From Gammaproteobacteria bacterium (GTDB taxonomy: Bacteria > Pseudomonadota > Gammaproteobacteria > Acidiferrobacterales > UBA6901), in NCBI GenBank assembly GCA_031416355.1, contig JANOTM010000006.1, positions 1 through 39,324 on the forward strand: DNA of 39,324 bases, given 5' to 3'. Below the pieces are notes generated by a model that saw only the letters and a list, made by a program, of their open reading frames with translations, searched no databases and was not told the origin of the DNA. Positions 10,564-21,486 of the stretch are shown here, piece by piece. The stretch's first letter is position 1. Every line of letters starts with the position of its first letter. The position numbers and the translations under genes were made by a program.

Positions 10564-11373
10564 ATGGCCGGCAAGAGCGATTCTATGTGGAATAATTTTT
10601 CTCGATTTCTCTTTGTTTTCTCACTGATTATCGGCGCCGTGGCCGCCTATCTTTATTGGGGTTATGGTGAACGGCTGCGTCAAGAGCAGCGGGATGTGGA
10701 GGAAAAATACCAGGAAGCGGCCCTGGAAAATACCCGCCTCAAGGAACACGTGGCGTATTTAACCAATCGCCTGGACGAAGAAGTCGCCAAAATCTCCAAA
10801 GAAAAAGAGGAAGAAATCGCCAAGGCCCGCAGCACCCAGGCGGAAATGGTGAAGACCCTGCAAAAAGAGGTCGAGCTCGGCCAAGTCAAGATTACCCAAT
10901 TGGCCGACCGCCTCTCGGTCAATATCGTTGACAAGATACTGTTTCCTTCCGGCGAGAAAGACATAACCGAAGAAGGACGCCGCGTGCTCAAGCGCGTAGG
11001 TGACGTGCTATTCCAAGTCAAAGACAAGACCTTCCGTATCGAAGGCCATACCGATAACGTGCCCACCGGCAAGGCACTGCGCGGCAAGTTCCCCAGCAAC
11101 TGGGAGTTGTCCACGGCACGTGCCACCAATGTGGTGCGCTTCCTACAGGAATCCGCTGGCATCGATCCCGCCACCCTGGAGGCCGTGGGCATGGGCGAGT
11201 ACCATCCTCTAGCCAGTAACAAGACGGCCCAAGGTCGCAGCCAGAATCGGCGTATAGAAATTATTCTTTTTCCGCGGGTCAGCGCTTTAGTCAAAGAATT
11301 GCCGAGTAGCCCGGCGTCTGGCACTCGAAAAAAACCCACCGCTGCGCCCGTGGGCGCGGGTAAAACCCCATGA
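10564..11373 (+). CDS. OmpA/MotB-family peptidoglycan-binding protein with an N-terminal TM helix and a coiled coil
   Basis: TM segment FLFVFSLIIGAVAAYLYWG, then a charged coiled-coil stretch. The OmpA_C-like core is FPSGEKDITEEGRRVL…FRIEGHTDNVP…SNWELSTARATNVVRFL…NRRIEIILFP. Confidence 0.8.
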   Translation: MAGKSDSMWNNFSRFLFVFSLIIGAVAAYLYWGYGERLRQEQRDVEEKYQEAALENTRLKEHVAYLTNRLDEEVAKISKEKEEEIAKARSTQAEMVKTLQKEVELGQVKITQLADRLSVNIVDKILFPSGEKDITEEGRRVLKRVGDVLFQVKDKTFRIEGHTDNVPTGKALRGKFPSNWELSTARATNVVRFLQESAGIDPATLEAVGMGEYHPLASNKTAQGRSQNRRIEIILFPRVSALVKELPSSPASGTRKKPTAAPVGAGKTP

Positions 11374-11415
11374 GCGCAATCATATCCACCACCCTGAATC
11401 TTTAAGGAAACCCCA

Positions 11416-11712
11416 ATGCGTACCTTTTCTGCACTAAAATCTACGTCGACGATAATTTTCCTAGGGCTGCTCCTGGCCAGCTGTTCCGGCAATATATCCA
11501 GCGACTATGCCTTACAATGCGCCGACGGGCTCAAGGCCGCGGAAGCCGAACTCGAGGACGCCAAGGTAAAAGGCTTCAACAGCACGGTGGCGTGGACCAA
11601 GGCGGCCAACTTAATTATTGCGGCCAATGTCCAGCAGCAATTTGAGAAATTCCCCAACTGCATAGACAAGGTCCAACGCGCACGCAGCTACATCCAGGCC
11701 AGCCAGCGTTAG
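11416..11712 (+). CDS. Small lipoprotein, unknown function
   Basis: Signal peptide with lipobox LLLASC|SG. 98 aa. Confidence 0.55.
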   Translation: MRTFSALKSTSTIIFLGLLLASCSGNISSDYALQCADGLKAAEAELEDAKVKGFNSTVAWTKAANLIIAANVQQQFEKFPNCIDKVQRARSYIQASQR

Positions 11713-11782
11713 TCCATCGAGAACCTGGCGTGACCCATCGCAGTGTGTTCAACGCCAGAATTAGCCATAGGTTAGCCGGCCC

Positions 11783-12241
11783 ATGTCGCTCTTAACGCCA
11801 CCCGACCCGTTCTATACCGCCTTCCGCGGCAACTTCAGCAGCATACTTAGCTGGACGCAGTTAGACGGCTTCTGGGAGAGGGTGCGCGCCGGCGCCGGCG
11901 CCGGCTGGTACGTCTACGCCATAGGCGAAGCGCTGCCGGGGCAGGCGTTGAACGCCAGCCAGGTCCTCGCCTTCGTCGACGCCATCGACGCGCTGTTGCA
12001 CCAGGACCACTACGAGGATTACTGCGGCATCGTCTACACCGACAGCACGACCGAACCGACCTTCATCAAGATCTTCGACCCCTTCCACCTCGGGACCTCA
12101 TGCGGCACCAGCAAGAACCCGCCTGTACCTGGATGGATCATGAGCCTGATAGCGCCGCAACTTCTGGAAACCACGCGGCCGCTGCCGGAAAACCGGCGGC
12201 GTTGGTGGCGTAAGTTATGGGATGAAACTGAGGGGTCGTAA
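11783..12241 (+). CDS. Hypothetical protein (152 aa)
   Basis: Clean ORF with ordinary amino-acid composition. No family recognised. Confidence 0.4.
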   Translation: MSLLTPPDPFYTAFRGNFSSILSWTQLDGFWERVRAGAGAGWYVYAIGEALPGQALNASQVLAFVDAIDALLHQDHYEDYCGIVYTDSTTEPTFIKIFDPFHLGTSCGTSKNPPVPGWIMSLIAPQLLETTRPLPENRRRWWRKLWDETEGS

Positions 12242-12327
12242 CGGGTAGCGCGGCTTGCGCTGTCTCTGTTGGGAGTTTGTATTTATTGTGCGCGCTAGCG
12301 CGGCACAACCAAGCAAAAGCACCCTCA

Positions 12328-12356
12328 CCCCTATCCCTCTCCCAGAGGGATAGGGG
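12328..12356. repeat. GC-rich hairpin repeat of the CCCTC…GAGGG type, between convergent genes
   Basis: CCCCTATCCCTCT ccc AGAGGGATAGGGG gives perfect 13-bp arms. The preamble ACCCTCACCC recurs at 38201-38238. Confidence 0.7.
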
Positions 12357-12415
12357 AAATACTACGTATTATTTCCGGTCGGGGCAGTAAACAGCACGGA
12401 CTCACCTTAAACAAA

Positions 12416-14509
12416 TTAATGCGCTTCTTCCACCACCGCCTTCATGCTAAGACGTATACGTCCCTGCTTGTCCACTTCCAATACTTTCACGGTGACGTTT
12501 TCACCTTCGGTGAGCTTGTCGCTCACATTCTCGACACGTTCGTGCGAGATTTGCGAGATATGCACCAGGCCGTCGCGTCCCGGGAGGATGGTGACGAAGG
12601 CACCGAAATCCATGAGTTTCGCCACGCGGCCCTGATAGATTTTGCCCACCTCGACATCGGCGGTGATCTGCTCGATACGGCGGCGCGCTTCCTGGCCGGC
12701 GGCATTATCGGCCGAGGCCACCTTCACGGTGCCGTCGTCTTCGATATCGATGGTGGCACCGGTTTCTTCGCACAGGGCGCGTATGGTGGCGCCGCCCTTG
12801 CCGATGACGTCGCGTATCTTCTCGGGATTGATCTTGAAGGTAATAATGCGCGGGGCGAATTCCGACATCTCCTCGCGCGGCGTAGCGATGGCGTCATTCA
12901 TGATCTTGAGCAGGTGCAGGCGCGCCTCGCGTGCCTGCTTGAGCGCCACGTCCATGATTTCGCGGTTAATGCCCTCGATCTTGATGTCCATTTGCAACGC
13001 GGTCACGCCTTCAGCAGTGCCGGCAACTTTAAAGTCCATGTCACCCAGGTGATCTTCGTCACCCAGGATGTCGGTCAGCACGGCAAAACCGGTGTCATCC
13101 TTGATGAGGCCCATGGCGATACCCGCCACCGGCGCCTTGATTTTTACGCCCGCGTCCATGAGCGATAAACTGCTGCCGCAGACCGAGGCCATGGAACTGG
13201 AGCCGTTGGATTCGGTGATTTCCGATACCACGCGCAATATATAAGGAAAGGTGCTCATATCCGGCAACACACCGGCCACGGCACGCTTGGCCAGACGCCC
13301 GTGTCCGATTTCACGCCGCTTGGGCGTGCCCACGCGGCCGGTCTCGCCGGTGCACGATGGCGGAAAGTTGTAATGCAGCATAAAGGGTTCTTTGCGCTCG
13401 CCCTCCAGGGCATCGATGATCTGGGCGTCGCGTCCCGTGCCCAGGGTGGTCACCACCAATGCTTGGGTCTCGCCGCGGGTAAATAAGGCCGACCCGTGGG
13501 CGCGCGGCAGCACGCCGGTGCGTATGGTAATGGGCCGTACGGTGCGCGTATCGCGGCCGTCGATGCGCGGCTCGCCCGCCAATATGCGCCCGCGCACCAC
13601 TTTCTTTTCCACGCTCTTGAAGATGTTCTTGACCGCTTCGACCTCGTCGGGGCTGCTGGTCTCGCTGATGTGTGCCGCGAGCACGCGGTCGCGGATCTCC
13701 GCTACCTTGTCCTGACGTGCGAGTTTTTCGCGGATCTGATAGGCGGTCGCCACCTCAGCACCGGCCATCTTGGTGATGGCGGCAATTAAGGTCTCGTTCT
13801 TCGCGGGCGCGGTCCAATCCCACGCCACGACCCCGGCCTCTTTGGCGAGGGCGCGTATGGCGTTGATGGCAACGCGCATTTGTTCGTGGCCGAACAACAC
13901 CGCACCCAGCATGATTTCTTCCGATAGTATCTTGGCTTCCGACTCCACCATCAATACCGCCGCTTCCGTCCCCGCAACGACCAGGTCTAGCTGCGACTCC
14001 GCCATTTGCTGCATGCCGGGATTAAGCACGTAGGCACTGTTGATGTAACCCACGCGCGCCGCACCCACCGGGCCGTTGAACGGCATGCCGGAAAGGCTTA
14101 AGGCGGCGGAGGCGCCGAGCAAGGCGACGATGTCCGGATCGATGTCCGGATCGATGGACATGACCGTGGCGATAATCTGAACTTCGTTGGTGAAACTCTT
14201 GGGAAACAGCGGACGTATGGGGCGATCGATGAGGCGGGAAGTGAGAATTTCCTTTTCCGAAGGGCGGCCTTCGCGCTTGAAAAATCCGCCCGGGATGCGG
14301 CCGGCGGCGTAGGTGCGCTCCTGGTAATCGACCGTCAACGGAAAAAAGTCTTGCCCAGGTTTACTCTCCCTGCGCCCGACCGCGGTGACGTGTACCACGG
14401 TATCGCCCATGCTCGCCATCACGGCACCGCTGGCCTGGCGTGCAATTTCGCCGGTTTCAATTTTTACTGTGTGGCTGCCGTAGGGGAAAGATTTGGTAAC
14501 GATTTTCAA
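12416..14509 (-). CDS. pnp: Polyribonucleotide nucleotidyltransferase (PNPase)
   Basis: 697 aa. Two RNase PH domains plus KH and S1 (…[29 protein letters not shown]…). TTG start, as in E. coli pnp. Confidence 0.97.
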   Translation of the reverse strand: MKIVTKSFPYGSHTVKIETGEIARQASGAVMASMGDTVVHVTAVGRRESKPGQDFFPLTVDYQERTYAAGRIPGGFFKREGRPSEKEILTSRLIDRPIRPLFPKSFTNEVQIIATVMSIDPDIDPDIVALLGASAALSLSGMPFNGPVGAARVGYINSAYVLNPGMQQMAESQLDLVVAGTEAAVLMVESEAKILSEEIMLGAVLFGHEQMRVAINAIRALAKEAGVVAWDWTAPAKNETLIAAITKMAGAEVATAYQIREKLARQDKVAEIRDRVLAAHISETSSPDEVEAVKNIFKSVEKKVVRGRILAGEPRIDGRDTRTVRPITIRTGVLPRAHGSALFTRGETQALVVTTLGTGRDAQIIDALEGERKEPFMLHYNFPPSCTGETGRVGTPKRREIGHGRLAKRAVAGVLPDMSTFPYILRVVSEITESNGSSSMASVCGSSLSLMDAGVKIKAPVAGIAMGLIKDDTGFAVLTDILGDEDHLGDMDFKVAGTAEGVTALQMDIKIEGINREIMDVALKQAREARLHLLKIMNDAIATPREEMSEFAPRIITFKINPEKIRDVIGKGGATIRALCEETGATIDIEDDGTVKVASADNAAGQEARRRIEQITADVEVGKIYQGRVAKLMDFGAFVTILPGRDGLVHISQISHERVENVSDKLTEGENVTVKVLEVDKQGRIRLSMKAVVEEAH

Positions 14510-14674
14510 GGCTGGTGTCCTCAGTTTCTGCGTTTACACTATCAAGATAGTATTACAAAGTGCGGCCCGGCCGATGCCGGCCCGGCGGCCATGAATAATA
14601 GCGGCTGCTGGTCTTTAGTGATCTTAAATCCAAGACAGAGATACGCCCGGACCAGACGCTGCCGGGATGGAGAT

Positions 14675-14944
14675 TTACTTACGTAACCCGAGACGCGCCA
14701 CCAATCCACGGTAGCGATCTGTGTTCACACGCTTGAGGTAGTCGAGTAGTTTCCGGCGCTTGCTCACCATGCGCAACAGGCCCATACGCGAGTGATGGTC
14801 TTGCTTGTGGGTCTGGAAATGTCCCGATAGGTCTTCGATACGTGCCGACAGCAGGGCGACTTGGACCTCGGGCGAACCGGTGTCGCTTTTACCGGTGGCG
14901 TATTCCTGCATAATCTTGGCCTTCTGCTCCGCTTGGAGGGTCAT
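14675..14944 (-). CDS. rpsO: 30S ribosomal protein S15
   Basis: 89 aa: …[40 protein letters not shown]…. Confidence 0.97.
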   Translation of the reverse strand: MTLQAEQKAKIMQEYATGKSDTGSPEVQVALLSARIEDLSGHFQTHKQDHHSRMGLLRMVSKRRKLLDYLKRVNTDRYRGLVARLGLRK

Positions 14945-15016
14945 CTATCTATACCTCAGTATTCGTTCTAGGTTAACCGTTAAGGGGCGCTATTCTAACC
15001 GTCTGCCGCGCCCGCC

Positions 15017-15952
15017 TCAACCGATTTCGTGTCTGCTATCTGCTTGTTTTGCTGGCTGTAGCAGTCGTTTCGGTGCTACCCGCCCATCCAGGAGTATCTC
15101 ACCCAGACCCAGGAACCCACCCTGCCCATCGTAAAGGCGTACTATCCCAGGACCATGGCCATGGGGCGCAGTCACAATTTGCCCCTGGCACAGGTAATAG
15201 GCCGCATTCACACTCAGTTCCACCGCCGGCAAGCGGCCAAGCGCTTGATCTCCTGGAATCAACTGCGCCAAGCGCGCATTTTCCGGCAAATTCTTGAGGG
15301 CCTCCAAGCTGATGGCCTGTTCCAGGACAAATCCCCCCATGGCCAGGCGGCTCAAAGCCGCCACATGGCCTCCGCACCCCAGTACTTCTCCCAAATCATG
15401 GGCAAGACTGCGTATATAGGTCCCCTTGCTACAAGAAACCTCCAGTTCCAAGCGATCGCCACACCAGTCCAGCAGGCGCAGTTCGTGGATGACCACGCGC
15501 CGCGGTGGCCTATCTACTTCTATGCCGGCCCGCGCCAGGGCATACAAACGCTGCCCCCCCTGCTTGATGGCGGAATACAGCGGCGGAATCTGTTGGATTT
15601 CACCGCGGAAGCCTGTCAGCGCTGTCTCTATCGCGGTCCGGGTTACGCTAACCGGTCGCTCCGCCACCACCTCGCCCTCGGCATCATAGGTTGTGGTCGA
15701 CTGGCCCAGCCGGACGGAGGTCCAATAACGCTTGTCCGATTCAAGCAGAAACTGGGAGACCTTGGTGGCTTCACCTAAACACAGAGGTAACAACCCGGTC
15801 GCCAGGGGATCGAGACTGCCAGTGTGTCCGGCCTTGCGTGCCTGAAAGAGGTGCTTGACCTCCTGCAGGGCCCGGTTAGAGGTCAGGCCCGAGGGCTTGT
15901 CCAGCAGCAGGATACCGTGGATATCACGCTTGATACGCGGGGTGCTGGTCAC
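15017..15952 (-). CDS. truB: tRNA pseudouridine-55 synthase
   Basis: GILLLDKPSGLTSN, HTGSLDPLATGLLPLCLGEATK and a PUA-like C-terminus. GTG start, TGA stop. Confidence 0.93.
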   Translation of the reverse strand: MTSTPRIKRDIHGILLLDKPSGLTSNRALQEVKHLFQARKAGHTGSLDPLATGLLPLCLGEATKVSQFLLESDKRYWTSVRLGQSTTTYDAEGEVVAERPVSVTRTAIETALTGFRGEIQQIPPLYSAIKQGGQRLYALARAGIEVDRPPRRVVIHELRLLDWCGDRLELEVSCSKGTYIRSLAHDLGEVLGCGGHVAALSRLAMGGFVLEQAISLEALKNLPENARLAQLIPGDQALGRLPAVELSVNAAYYLCQGQIVTAPHGHGPGIVRLYDGQGGFLGLGEILLDGRVAPKRLLQPAKQADSRHEIG

Positions 15953-16018
15953 AATGATACGCCTAGGCTGCGGTTTATCGGGTACGAACTATATAGTGCC
16001 GCCTAACCGTCGCAGTAT

Positions 16019-16137
16019 GTAGGGTGGGCATCGCCCACCAAACGTGGCTTCGGTCGGCACACCTTGGTGGGCGATTCACTGGAAACTGCTCCTGCGTTTC
16101 CAGTACTTCCGCCATCCATGGCGGTCGCCCACCCTAC
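16019..16137. repeat. REP-type composite palindromic element in the rbfA-truB spacer
   Basis: GTAGGGTGGGCATCGCCCACC (16019-16039) faces GGTCGCCCACCCTAC (16123-16137) in inverted orientation. Inside are the hairpin GGAAAC-n9-GTTTCC and the palindrome CCGCCATCCATGGCGG (16109-16124). Confidence 0.8.
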
Positions 16138-16174
16138 AAACCAGGTGCTATATATATCGCTATGTTTAGCTAGC

Positions 16175-16543
16175 TTACGGTTCATTGTCACGGTCTTGAG
16201 CAAGGGCGCGGTCGATAAGACTAGAAATGGCCGCACCCTTCTCCACGGATTCGTCATACAGAAAACGCAATTGCGGGATGATACGCAGCTTCACCCTATT
16301 CTTAAGTCCATGGCGTAGAAAACCAGCGGCCTTATTGAGTACCTTGAGGGTTTCGGGGGCGTGTTCGATGCCGCTCAGCTGGGTGACATAGACCTTGGCG
16401 TGGGACAAATTCGGCGAAACATCCACCGACGTCAGGGTCAGCTGAACGATGCGGGGATCGTTCAGCTCACGCCGCATAAGCTCCGCCAGTTCGCGCTGGA
16501 GTAATTCGGCGATGCGGCGGGTGCGGCCGGTGTCTTTGGGCAT
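16175..16543 (-). CDS. rbfA: Ribosome-binding factor A
   Basis: 122 aa: RIAELLQRELAELM…DPR…LTLTSVDVSPNLSHAKVYVT. Confidence 0.93.
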   Translation of the reverse strand: MPKDTGRTRRIAELLQRELAELMRRELNDPRIVQLTLTSVDVSPNLSHAKVYVTQLSGIEHAPETLKVLNKAAGFLRHGLKNRVKLRIIPQLRFLYDESVEKGAAISSLIDRALAQDRDNEP

Positions 16544-16563
16544 GGGCTAGGCAAGAACCCCCA

Positions 16564-19056
16564 TTACAAGGTCCGCGCGATCTCAACCTTATCGAAGCAT
16601 TCGAGTTGATCACCCACCTGGATGTCGTTGTAATTTTTAACGCCGATGCCGCATTCGGTCCCGGCCTTGACCTCGTTAACGTCGTCCTTGAAACGGCGCA
16701 GCGAATCGATTTCGCCCTCGAAGATGACGACATTGTCGCGCAGTATGCGTATCGGACGATTGCGCCGCACCACCCCTTCTATCACGTGGCAGCCGGCGAT
16801 GGCGCCGATCTTGGGCGCCTTGAATACCTCGCGCACCTCGGCTAAGCCCACGACCTCTTCCTTGAACTGCGGCTTGAGCATGCCGGTGAGCGCCGCCTTG
16901 ACGTCGTTTACCGCATCATAAATAACGTTGTAGTAATGCACATCCACGCCTTCCGCTGCGATCAGGCGGCGCGCGCCACTGTCGGCGCGCACGTTGAAGC
17001 CGATGACTATCGCCTGCGATGCACGCGCCAGGTTGACGTCGGATTCGCTGATGCCGCCGACCATGCCGTGGATCACCTTGACCCTGACCTCGTCGGTGGA
17101 GAGCTTCTCCAAGGCATCGCTCAAGGCCTCGACCGAGCCTTGCACGTCGGTCTTGATGACCAGGTTAAGAGTCTTGGCCTCGCCTTCCTGCAAGGACTGA
17201 AACACATTGGTAAGTTTCGCCGCGTGCTGGCGCGCGTGTTTAACGTCTTTGAATTTTCCCTGACGGTAGAGCGCGATTTCGCGCGCCTTGCGCTCACTCT
17301 CTACCACCACTACTTCGTCACCGGCATTCGGCACGCCGGACAATCCCTGCACTTCCACCGGGATGCTGGGGCCGGCCTCTTTAATCGAGTGGCCGTTTTC
17401 ATCAAGCATGGCGCGCACGCGTCCGGATTCGCTACCGGCGAGAATGACATCGCCTTTGCGCAAGGTGCCGCGCTGCACCAATACTGAAACCACCGGACCA
17501 CGACCCTTGTCGAGGCGCGCCTCGATCACCAGGCCGCTGGCCATACCGGTGCGCACCGCCTTTAACTCCCGCACTTCCGCCTGGAGCAGGACCGCGTCGA
17601 ACAAGTCGTCGATGCCCAGGCCGGTCTTGGCCGACACATTCACGAACACGTCTTCGCCGCCCCATTCCTCCGGCACCACTTGCTGTGCCACCAGTTCCTG
17701 CTTCACTCGATCCAACTGGGCCTCGGGCTTGTCGATTTTATTCACCGCTACCACGATGGGTACGCCGGCGGTGCGGGCGTGATGTATCGCCTCTATCGTC
17801 TGCGGCATAACGCCGTCATCGGCGGCGACCACCAGGATAACAATGTCCGTGGCCTTGGCGCCGCGCGCGCGCATGGCGGTGAAGGCTTCATGGCCGGGGG
17901 TATCGAGAAAAGTGACCACGCCCTTGGGCGTCTCCACGTGGTAGGCGCCGATATGCTGGGTAATGCCACCGGCTTCGCCGCTGGCGACCTTGGTCTTGCG
18001 GATGTAATCGAGCAATGAAGTCTTGCCATGGTCTACATGGCCCATGACGGTCACTACCGGCGGCCGCGGTTCCGGCTCGCCTTCGGGTTGGCTGCCAACC
18101 GCAGCAGTACCGCCAAGCAAGGCCTCGGGATCGGTCGGCCTGGCCACCTTGGCAACGTGCCCCATTTCCTCCACCACCAGGGTTGCGGTATCGCGGTCTA
18201 TGACCTGATTGATGGTCACCATCATACCCATATTCATTAGGGCGCGGATGACCTCCACGCCCTTGACCGACATCTTCTGCGCCAGCTCGGCGACGCTGAT
18301 GGCCTCGGGCAATAATACATCCCGCACTACCCGTTCGGTCGGCATTTCAAAGGCGTGCTGACCGGACATGCTGGTTTGTACCGCCTTCTTCGACGTGGGC
18401 TTAAGCTTGCGCCGCAGCTTTTTGGCGTCGCTGATGTGCAACTCGGAACGCCCGCGATTCGGGGCTTCACGCCAGTCTCCGCGTTCACTTTTCTCGCCCT
18501 TTTTATGTTTCTCGGGACGGGCAGCGGGCTTCTTGGCGTCCTTGGCAGGAGTTTCCGCGGGTTTAGTTGCGGTGGCGGTCGCTGGCGCAGCGGCGGTGGG
18601 TTTGCCAGTAACGGGTACCGGCGCAACGACCATTGCGACCTCTTCGGCTACGGCCACTGTCTGATCGATATCTTCCTGAAGGTCGGCAACCACTGCATCG
18701 GTCTCAGTGACTGGCTCGGCCGGCTGTTCTTCGGATAGTGTGGCCTCTTCGATGGCGGTGCGTTTGACGAAGGTGCGCTTCTTGCGTACTTCCACCTGTA
18801 CCGTGCGTGCGCTGCCAGTGCGGGAATTCTGCTTGATCTGGCTGACGGATTTCTGCTTGAGGGTGATTTTTTTGGTGCCCGACTCGCCACCACCGTGATG
18901 GGTGCGTAGATAGGTGAGCAGCGTCATCTTCTCATCGTCACTCAGGGAGTCGTCGACCAGTTTCTCGTCGATGCCGGCGGCCACAAGCTGGGTCAGTAGC
19001 TTGTCGGGGGAAATGCCGATCTGAGCGGCGAAACTTTTGATGGTGGCTTCGGACAT
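16564..19056 (-). CDS. infB: Translation initiation factor IF-2
   Basis: GTPase core [25 protein letters not shown] and NKID, plus conserved C-terminal domains. Start placed at the ATG at 19056 (MSEATIKSF…). The ORF track begins 6 codons earlier at a TTG that overlaps the nusA stop. Confidence 0.95.
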   Translation of the reverse strand: MSEATIKSFAAQIGISPDKLLTQLVAAGIDEKLVDDSLSDDEKMTLLTYLRTHHGGGESGTKKITLKQKSVSQIKQNSRTGSARTVQVEVRKKRTFVKRTAIEEATLSEEQPAEPVTETDAVVADLQEDIDQTVAVAEEVAMVVAPVPVTGKPTAAAPATATATKPAETPAKDAKKPAARPEKHKKGEKSERGDWREAPNRGRSELHISDAKKLRRKLKPTSKKAVQTSMSGQHAFEMPTERVVRDVLLPEAISVAELAQKMSVKGVEVIRALMNMGMMVTINQVIDRDTATLVVEEMGHVAKVARPTDPEALLGGTAAVGSQPEGEPEPRPPVVTVMGHVDHGKTSLLDYIRKTKVASGEAGGITQHIGAYHVETPKGVVTFLDTPGHEAFTAMRARGAKATDIVILVVAADDGVMPQTIEAIHHARTAGVPIVVAVNKIDKPEAQLDRVKQELVAQQVVPEEWGGEDVFVNVSAKTGLGIDDLFDAVLLQAEVRELKAVRTGMASGLVIEARLDKGRGPVVSVLVQRGTLRKGDVILAGSESGRVRAMLDENGHSIKEAGPSIPVEVQGLSGVPNAGDEVVVVESERKAREIALYRQGKFKDVKHARQHAAKLTNVFQSLQEGEAKTLNLVIKTDVQGSVEALSDALEKLSTDEVRVKVIHGMVGGISESDVNLARASQAIVIGFNVRADSGARRLIAAEGVDVHYYNVIYDAVNDVKAALTGMLKPQFKEEVVGLAEVREVFKAPKIGAIAGCHVIEGVVRRNRPIRILRDNVVIFEGEIDSLRRFKDDVNEVKAGTECGIGVKNYNDIQVGDQLECFDKVEIARTL

Positions 19057-19070
19057 AGACTCTCTAGTAC

Positions 19071-20567
19071 TCAAACCTCGGGATCTTTAAACCACGGGGC
19101 ACGTGCCGCCATGATCAACTGCTTGGCGCGTTCTTCATCGATACCTTTTACTTCGAGCAACTCGTCGACCGATAGCTCGGCCAGGTCTTCCATGCTCTTG
19201 ATGCCGTGGCTCGCCAGCAGGCGCGCGGTGTGTTCATCCATACCCTCGACTGCGAGCAAATCATCCGCCGGCTCGGCCATGTCGATCTTCTCTTCCAGGG
19301 CGATGGCCTTAGTGAGCAACACATCACGCGCGCGGCTGCGCAGACCCTCCACCAGCTCTTCATCGAAACCCTCGACCGCGAGCATTTCCTGTTTCGGCAC
19401 GTACGCCACTTCGTCGAGGCTGGTAAACCCTTCGTTCACCAGCACGGTGGCGACGATTTCGTCTACGTTCAACTGTTCCATAAACATCTGCAAGGTGGCC
19501 GCCGCCTCGGTCGCACCTTTCTCGCTGGCGGTATCCTCGGTCATGATGTTGAGTTCCCATCCACTCAACTCGGAGGCGAGGCGCACGTTCTGGCCGCCGC
19601 GGCCTATGGCTTGGGACAGCTGGCTAGGGTCCACGATCACGTCCATGCTGTGCAACTCTTCGTCGACCACGATGGATTGCACTTCCGCCGGCGCCAGGGC
19701 GTTGATTACGAACTGCGCCGGCTCCGGCGACCAATTGATAATATCGACGCGCTCGCCGGCCAATTCATTGGACACACTCTGCACGCGCATGCCGCGCATG
19801 CCGACGCACGCACCTATGGGATCGATGCGCGGATCTTTGGAACTCACGGCGGTCTTGGCGCGCAGACCCGGGTCGCGCGCGGCACCGTGTATAGTAATAA
19901 GGCCTTCACCCGCCTCCGGTACTTCGAGCTTGAACAGTTCGATCAAAAGCTGCGGCGCAGTACGGCTGAGAAACAACTGCGGACCGCGCGGCGTGGTATA
20001 GACATCTTCCAGATAGGCGCGGATACGATCGCCCGGGCGCAGGCCTTCGTGCGGGATCATGCCCGATTTGGGCAGCAAGGCCTCGGCCGCGCCCAGGTCC
20101 ACGATAGCGTCACCGCGCTCCATGCGCTTCACCACACCGGTGACCAGCTGGCCCTTGCGCTCCTTAAACTGGCTGACGATCTGCTCGCGTTCCGCCTCGC
20201 GGACTTTTTGTACTATCACCTGCTTGGCGGCCTGGGCGGCGATACGCCCGAACTCTATCGGCTCTAAAGGCTCTTCTATGTATTCGCCTACTTTGGCGTC
20301 GGGGTCCCGTTGCAGGGCCGCGTTCAGGAGTAACTGGCGATCGGGAAATTCAAACTCCTCCGATTCGTCGTCCATGATCTGCCAACGGCGGAAGGTATCG
20401 TAAGCGCCCAGATGACGATCGATGGTGACACGCACGTCGACGTCTTGCTTGTAACGCTTGCGCGTGGCCGTGGCCAAGGCCGCCTCCAACGCCTGGAAGA
20501 TCACTTCCCGTTCCACGCCTTTTTCGCGTGACACCGCATCTACAACCATTAATATTTCGTGACCCAT
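19071..20567 (-). CDS. nusA: Transcription termination/antitermination factor NusA
   Basis: S1, KH1/KH2 and two C-terminal HhH acidic repeats. Start set at [18 protein letters not shown] (20567), so the gene does not overlap rimP, which ends at 20587. Confidence 0.95.
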   Translation of the reverse strand: MGHEILMVVDAVSREKGVEREVIFQALEAALATATRKRYKQDVDVRVTIDRHLGAYDTFRRWQIMDDESEEFEFPDRQLLLNAALQRDPDAKVGEYIEEPLEPIEFGRIAAQAAKQVIVQKVREAEREQIVSQFKERKGQLVTGVVKRMERGDAIVDLGAAEALLPKSGMIPHEGLRPGDRIRAYLEDVYTTPRGPQLFLSRTAPQLLIELFKLEVPEAGEGLITIHGAARDPGLRAKTAVSSKDPRIDPIGACVGMRGMRVQSVSNELAGERVDIINWSPEPAQFVINALAPAEVQSIVVDEELHSMDVIVDPSQLSQAIGRGGQNVRLASELSGWELNIMTEDTASEKGATEAAATLQMFMEQLNVDEIVATVLVNEGFTSLDEVAYVPKQEMLAVEGFDEELVEGLRSRARDVLLTKAIALEEKIDMAEPADDLLAVEGMDEHTARLLASHGIKSMEDLAELSVDELLEVKGIDEERAKQLIMAARAPWFKDPEV

Positions 20568-20586
20568 AACGCCCCCAAACGACCCA

Positions 20587-21045
20587 TCATTTGAACTGCG
20601 GTACCAGACGTGCCTTTTCAATATTGCCAAACGGCAGGTCAAAACTTTCTTTGTCCATTTCTAAAATTACCGTGTCGCCTTCCATTCCTACCAGCAAGCC
20701 GGTGAAGTTGCGCCGTCCCAGCACCGGCTGGGATGTTCTAATCTTGACTATCGCCCCGGTATAACGCAGATAATCTTCGCGCTTCACCAGCGGCCGGTCC
20801 AGCCCCGGCGACGACACCTCCAGCGTATAGTGGCCCGCGATGGGATCCTCCACATCGAGTATGGCGCTGACCTGACGGCTGACAGCAACACAGCCATCGA
20901 CCGTCACCCCGTCCGGGCTGTCGATATACACCCTCAGCACCGCGTTCCTACCGCTACCGGCGAACTCCACGTCCACCAGTTCGTACCCCAGGGTCCGAAC
21001 CGCGGGTTCCAGCAGGACGCGCAGGCTAGCCGCACTACCTCGCAT
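20587..21045 (-). CDS. rimP: Ribosome maturation factor RimP
   Basis: 152 aa: LGYELVDVEF…LRVYID…LEVSSPGLDRPL. Confidence 0.92.
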   Translation of the reverse strand: MRGSAASLRVLLEPAVRTLGYELVDVEFAGSGRNAVLRVYIDSPDGVTVDGCVAVSRQVSAILDVEDPIAGHYTLEVSSPGLDRPLVKREDYLRYTGAIVKIRTSQPVLGRRNFTGLLVGMEGDTVILEMDKESFDLPFGNIEKARLVPQFK

Positions 21046-21074
21046 CGATCGATATCCTAATAAACGCGTACCCT

Positions 21075-21105
21075 ATAAACGCAAAAGTGGGCGCGCGGCC
21101 CACTT
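21075..21105 (-). terminator. Intrinsic terminator/attenuator 2 in the metY-rimP leader
   Basis: On the minus-strand RNA the stem AAGUGGGC cgcgc GCCCACUU (21085-21105) is followed by UUUUGCGUUUAU. Confidence 0.6.
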
Positions 21106-21192
21106 CTTAAAAATACCTGTAAACCACGCTAAAACATGCTGGATTATATGGGTTTCACCATAAAACCTCAACGCTCTTGCCACGCAACCCCC

Positions 21193-21224
21193 AAAATGCA
21201 AAGCCCCGCACGACGCGGGGCCTT
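21193..21224 (-). terminator. Intrinsic terminator/attenuator 1, immediately after tRNA-fMet
   Basis: On the minus-strand RNA the stem AAAGGCCCCGC gucgu GCGGGGCUUU (about 11 bp, 21200-21224) is followed by GCAUUUU. Confidence 0.65.
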
Positions 21225-21231
21225 TCGGGTT

Positions 21232-21308
<77 letters not shown>

Positions 21309-21319
21309 GCAGAGGGCGC

Positions 21320-21348
21320 AGTGTACAGAGCGTCCTAGGGTATTTCAA
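21320..21348 (-). promoter_or_regulatory. Candidate sigma70 promoter of the metY-rimP-nusA-infB operon
   Basis: The minus strand reads TTGAAA (21348-21343), a 17-nt spacer, TACACT (21325-21320), then the GC-rich discriminator GCGCCCTC directly ahead of the tRNA 5' end. Confidence 0.5.
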
Positions 21349-21486
21349 GCGGAATAGCCGCGATTTTGACGGATTTTTTTGGAAATTCAAGGAATTATGG
21401 CGGGGTAATTAGGCTGAGCACACCAGCTTGTTCGGAACTTATACCCGCCATTAAGGCTTTCCCGCCTCCCTCGGAGGCTGAGGCTC

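Noticed and set aside
14510-14674. pnp leader RNase III hairpin / rpsO terminator
   Set aside because: By analogy with E. coli this structure is expected here, but I could only find short (5-bp) GC stems by eye. That is not enough to place a feature.
16003-16257. Minus-strand 84-aa ORF spanning the rbfA-truB spacer
   Set aside because: It is a translation of the REP element (…LVGDAHPTYCDG). It begins inside rbfA in another frame.
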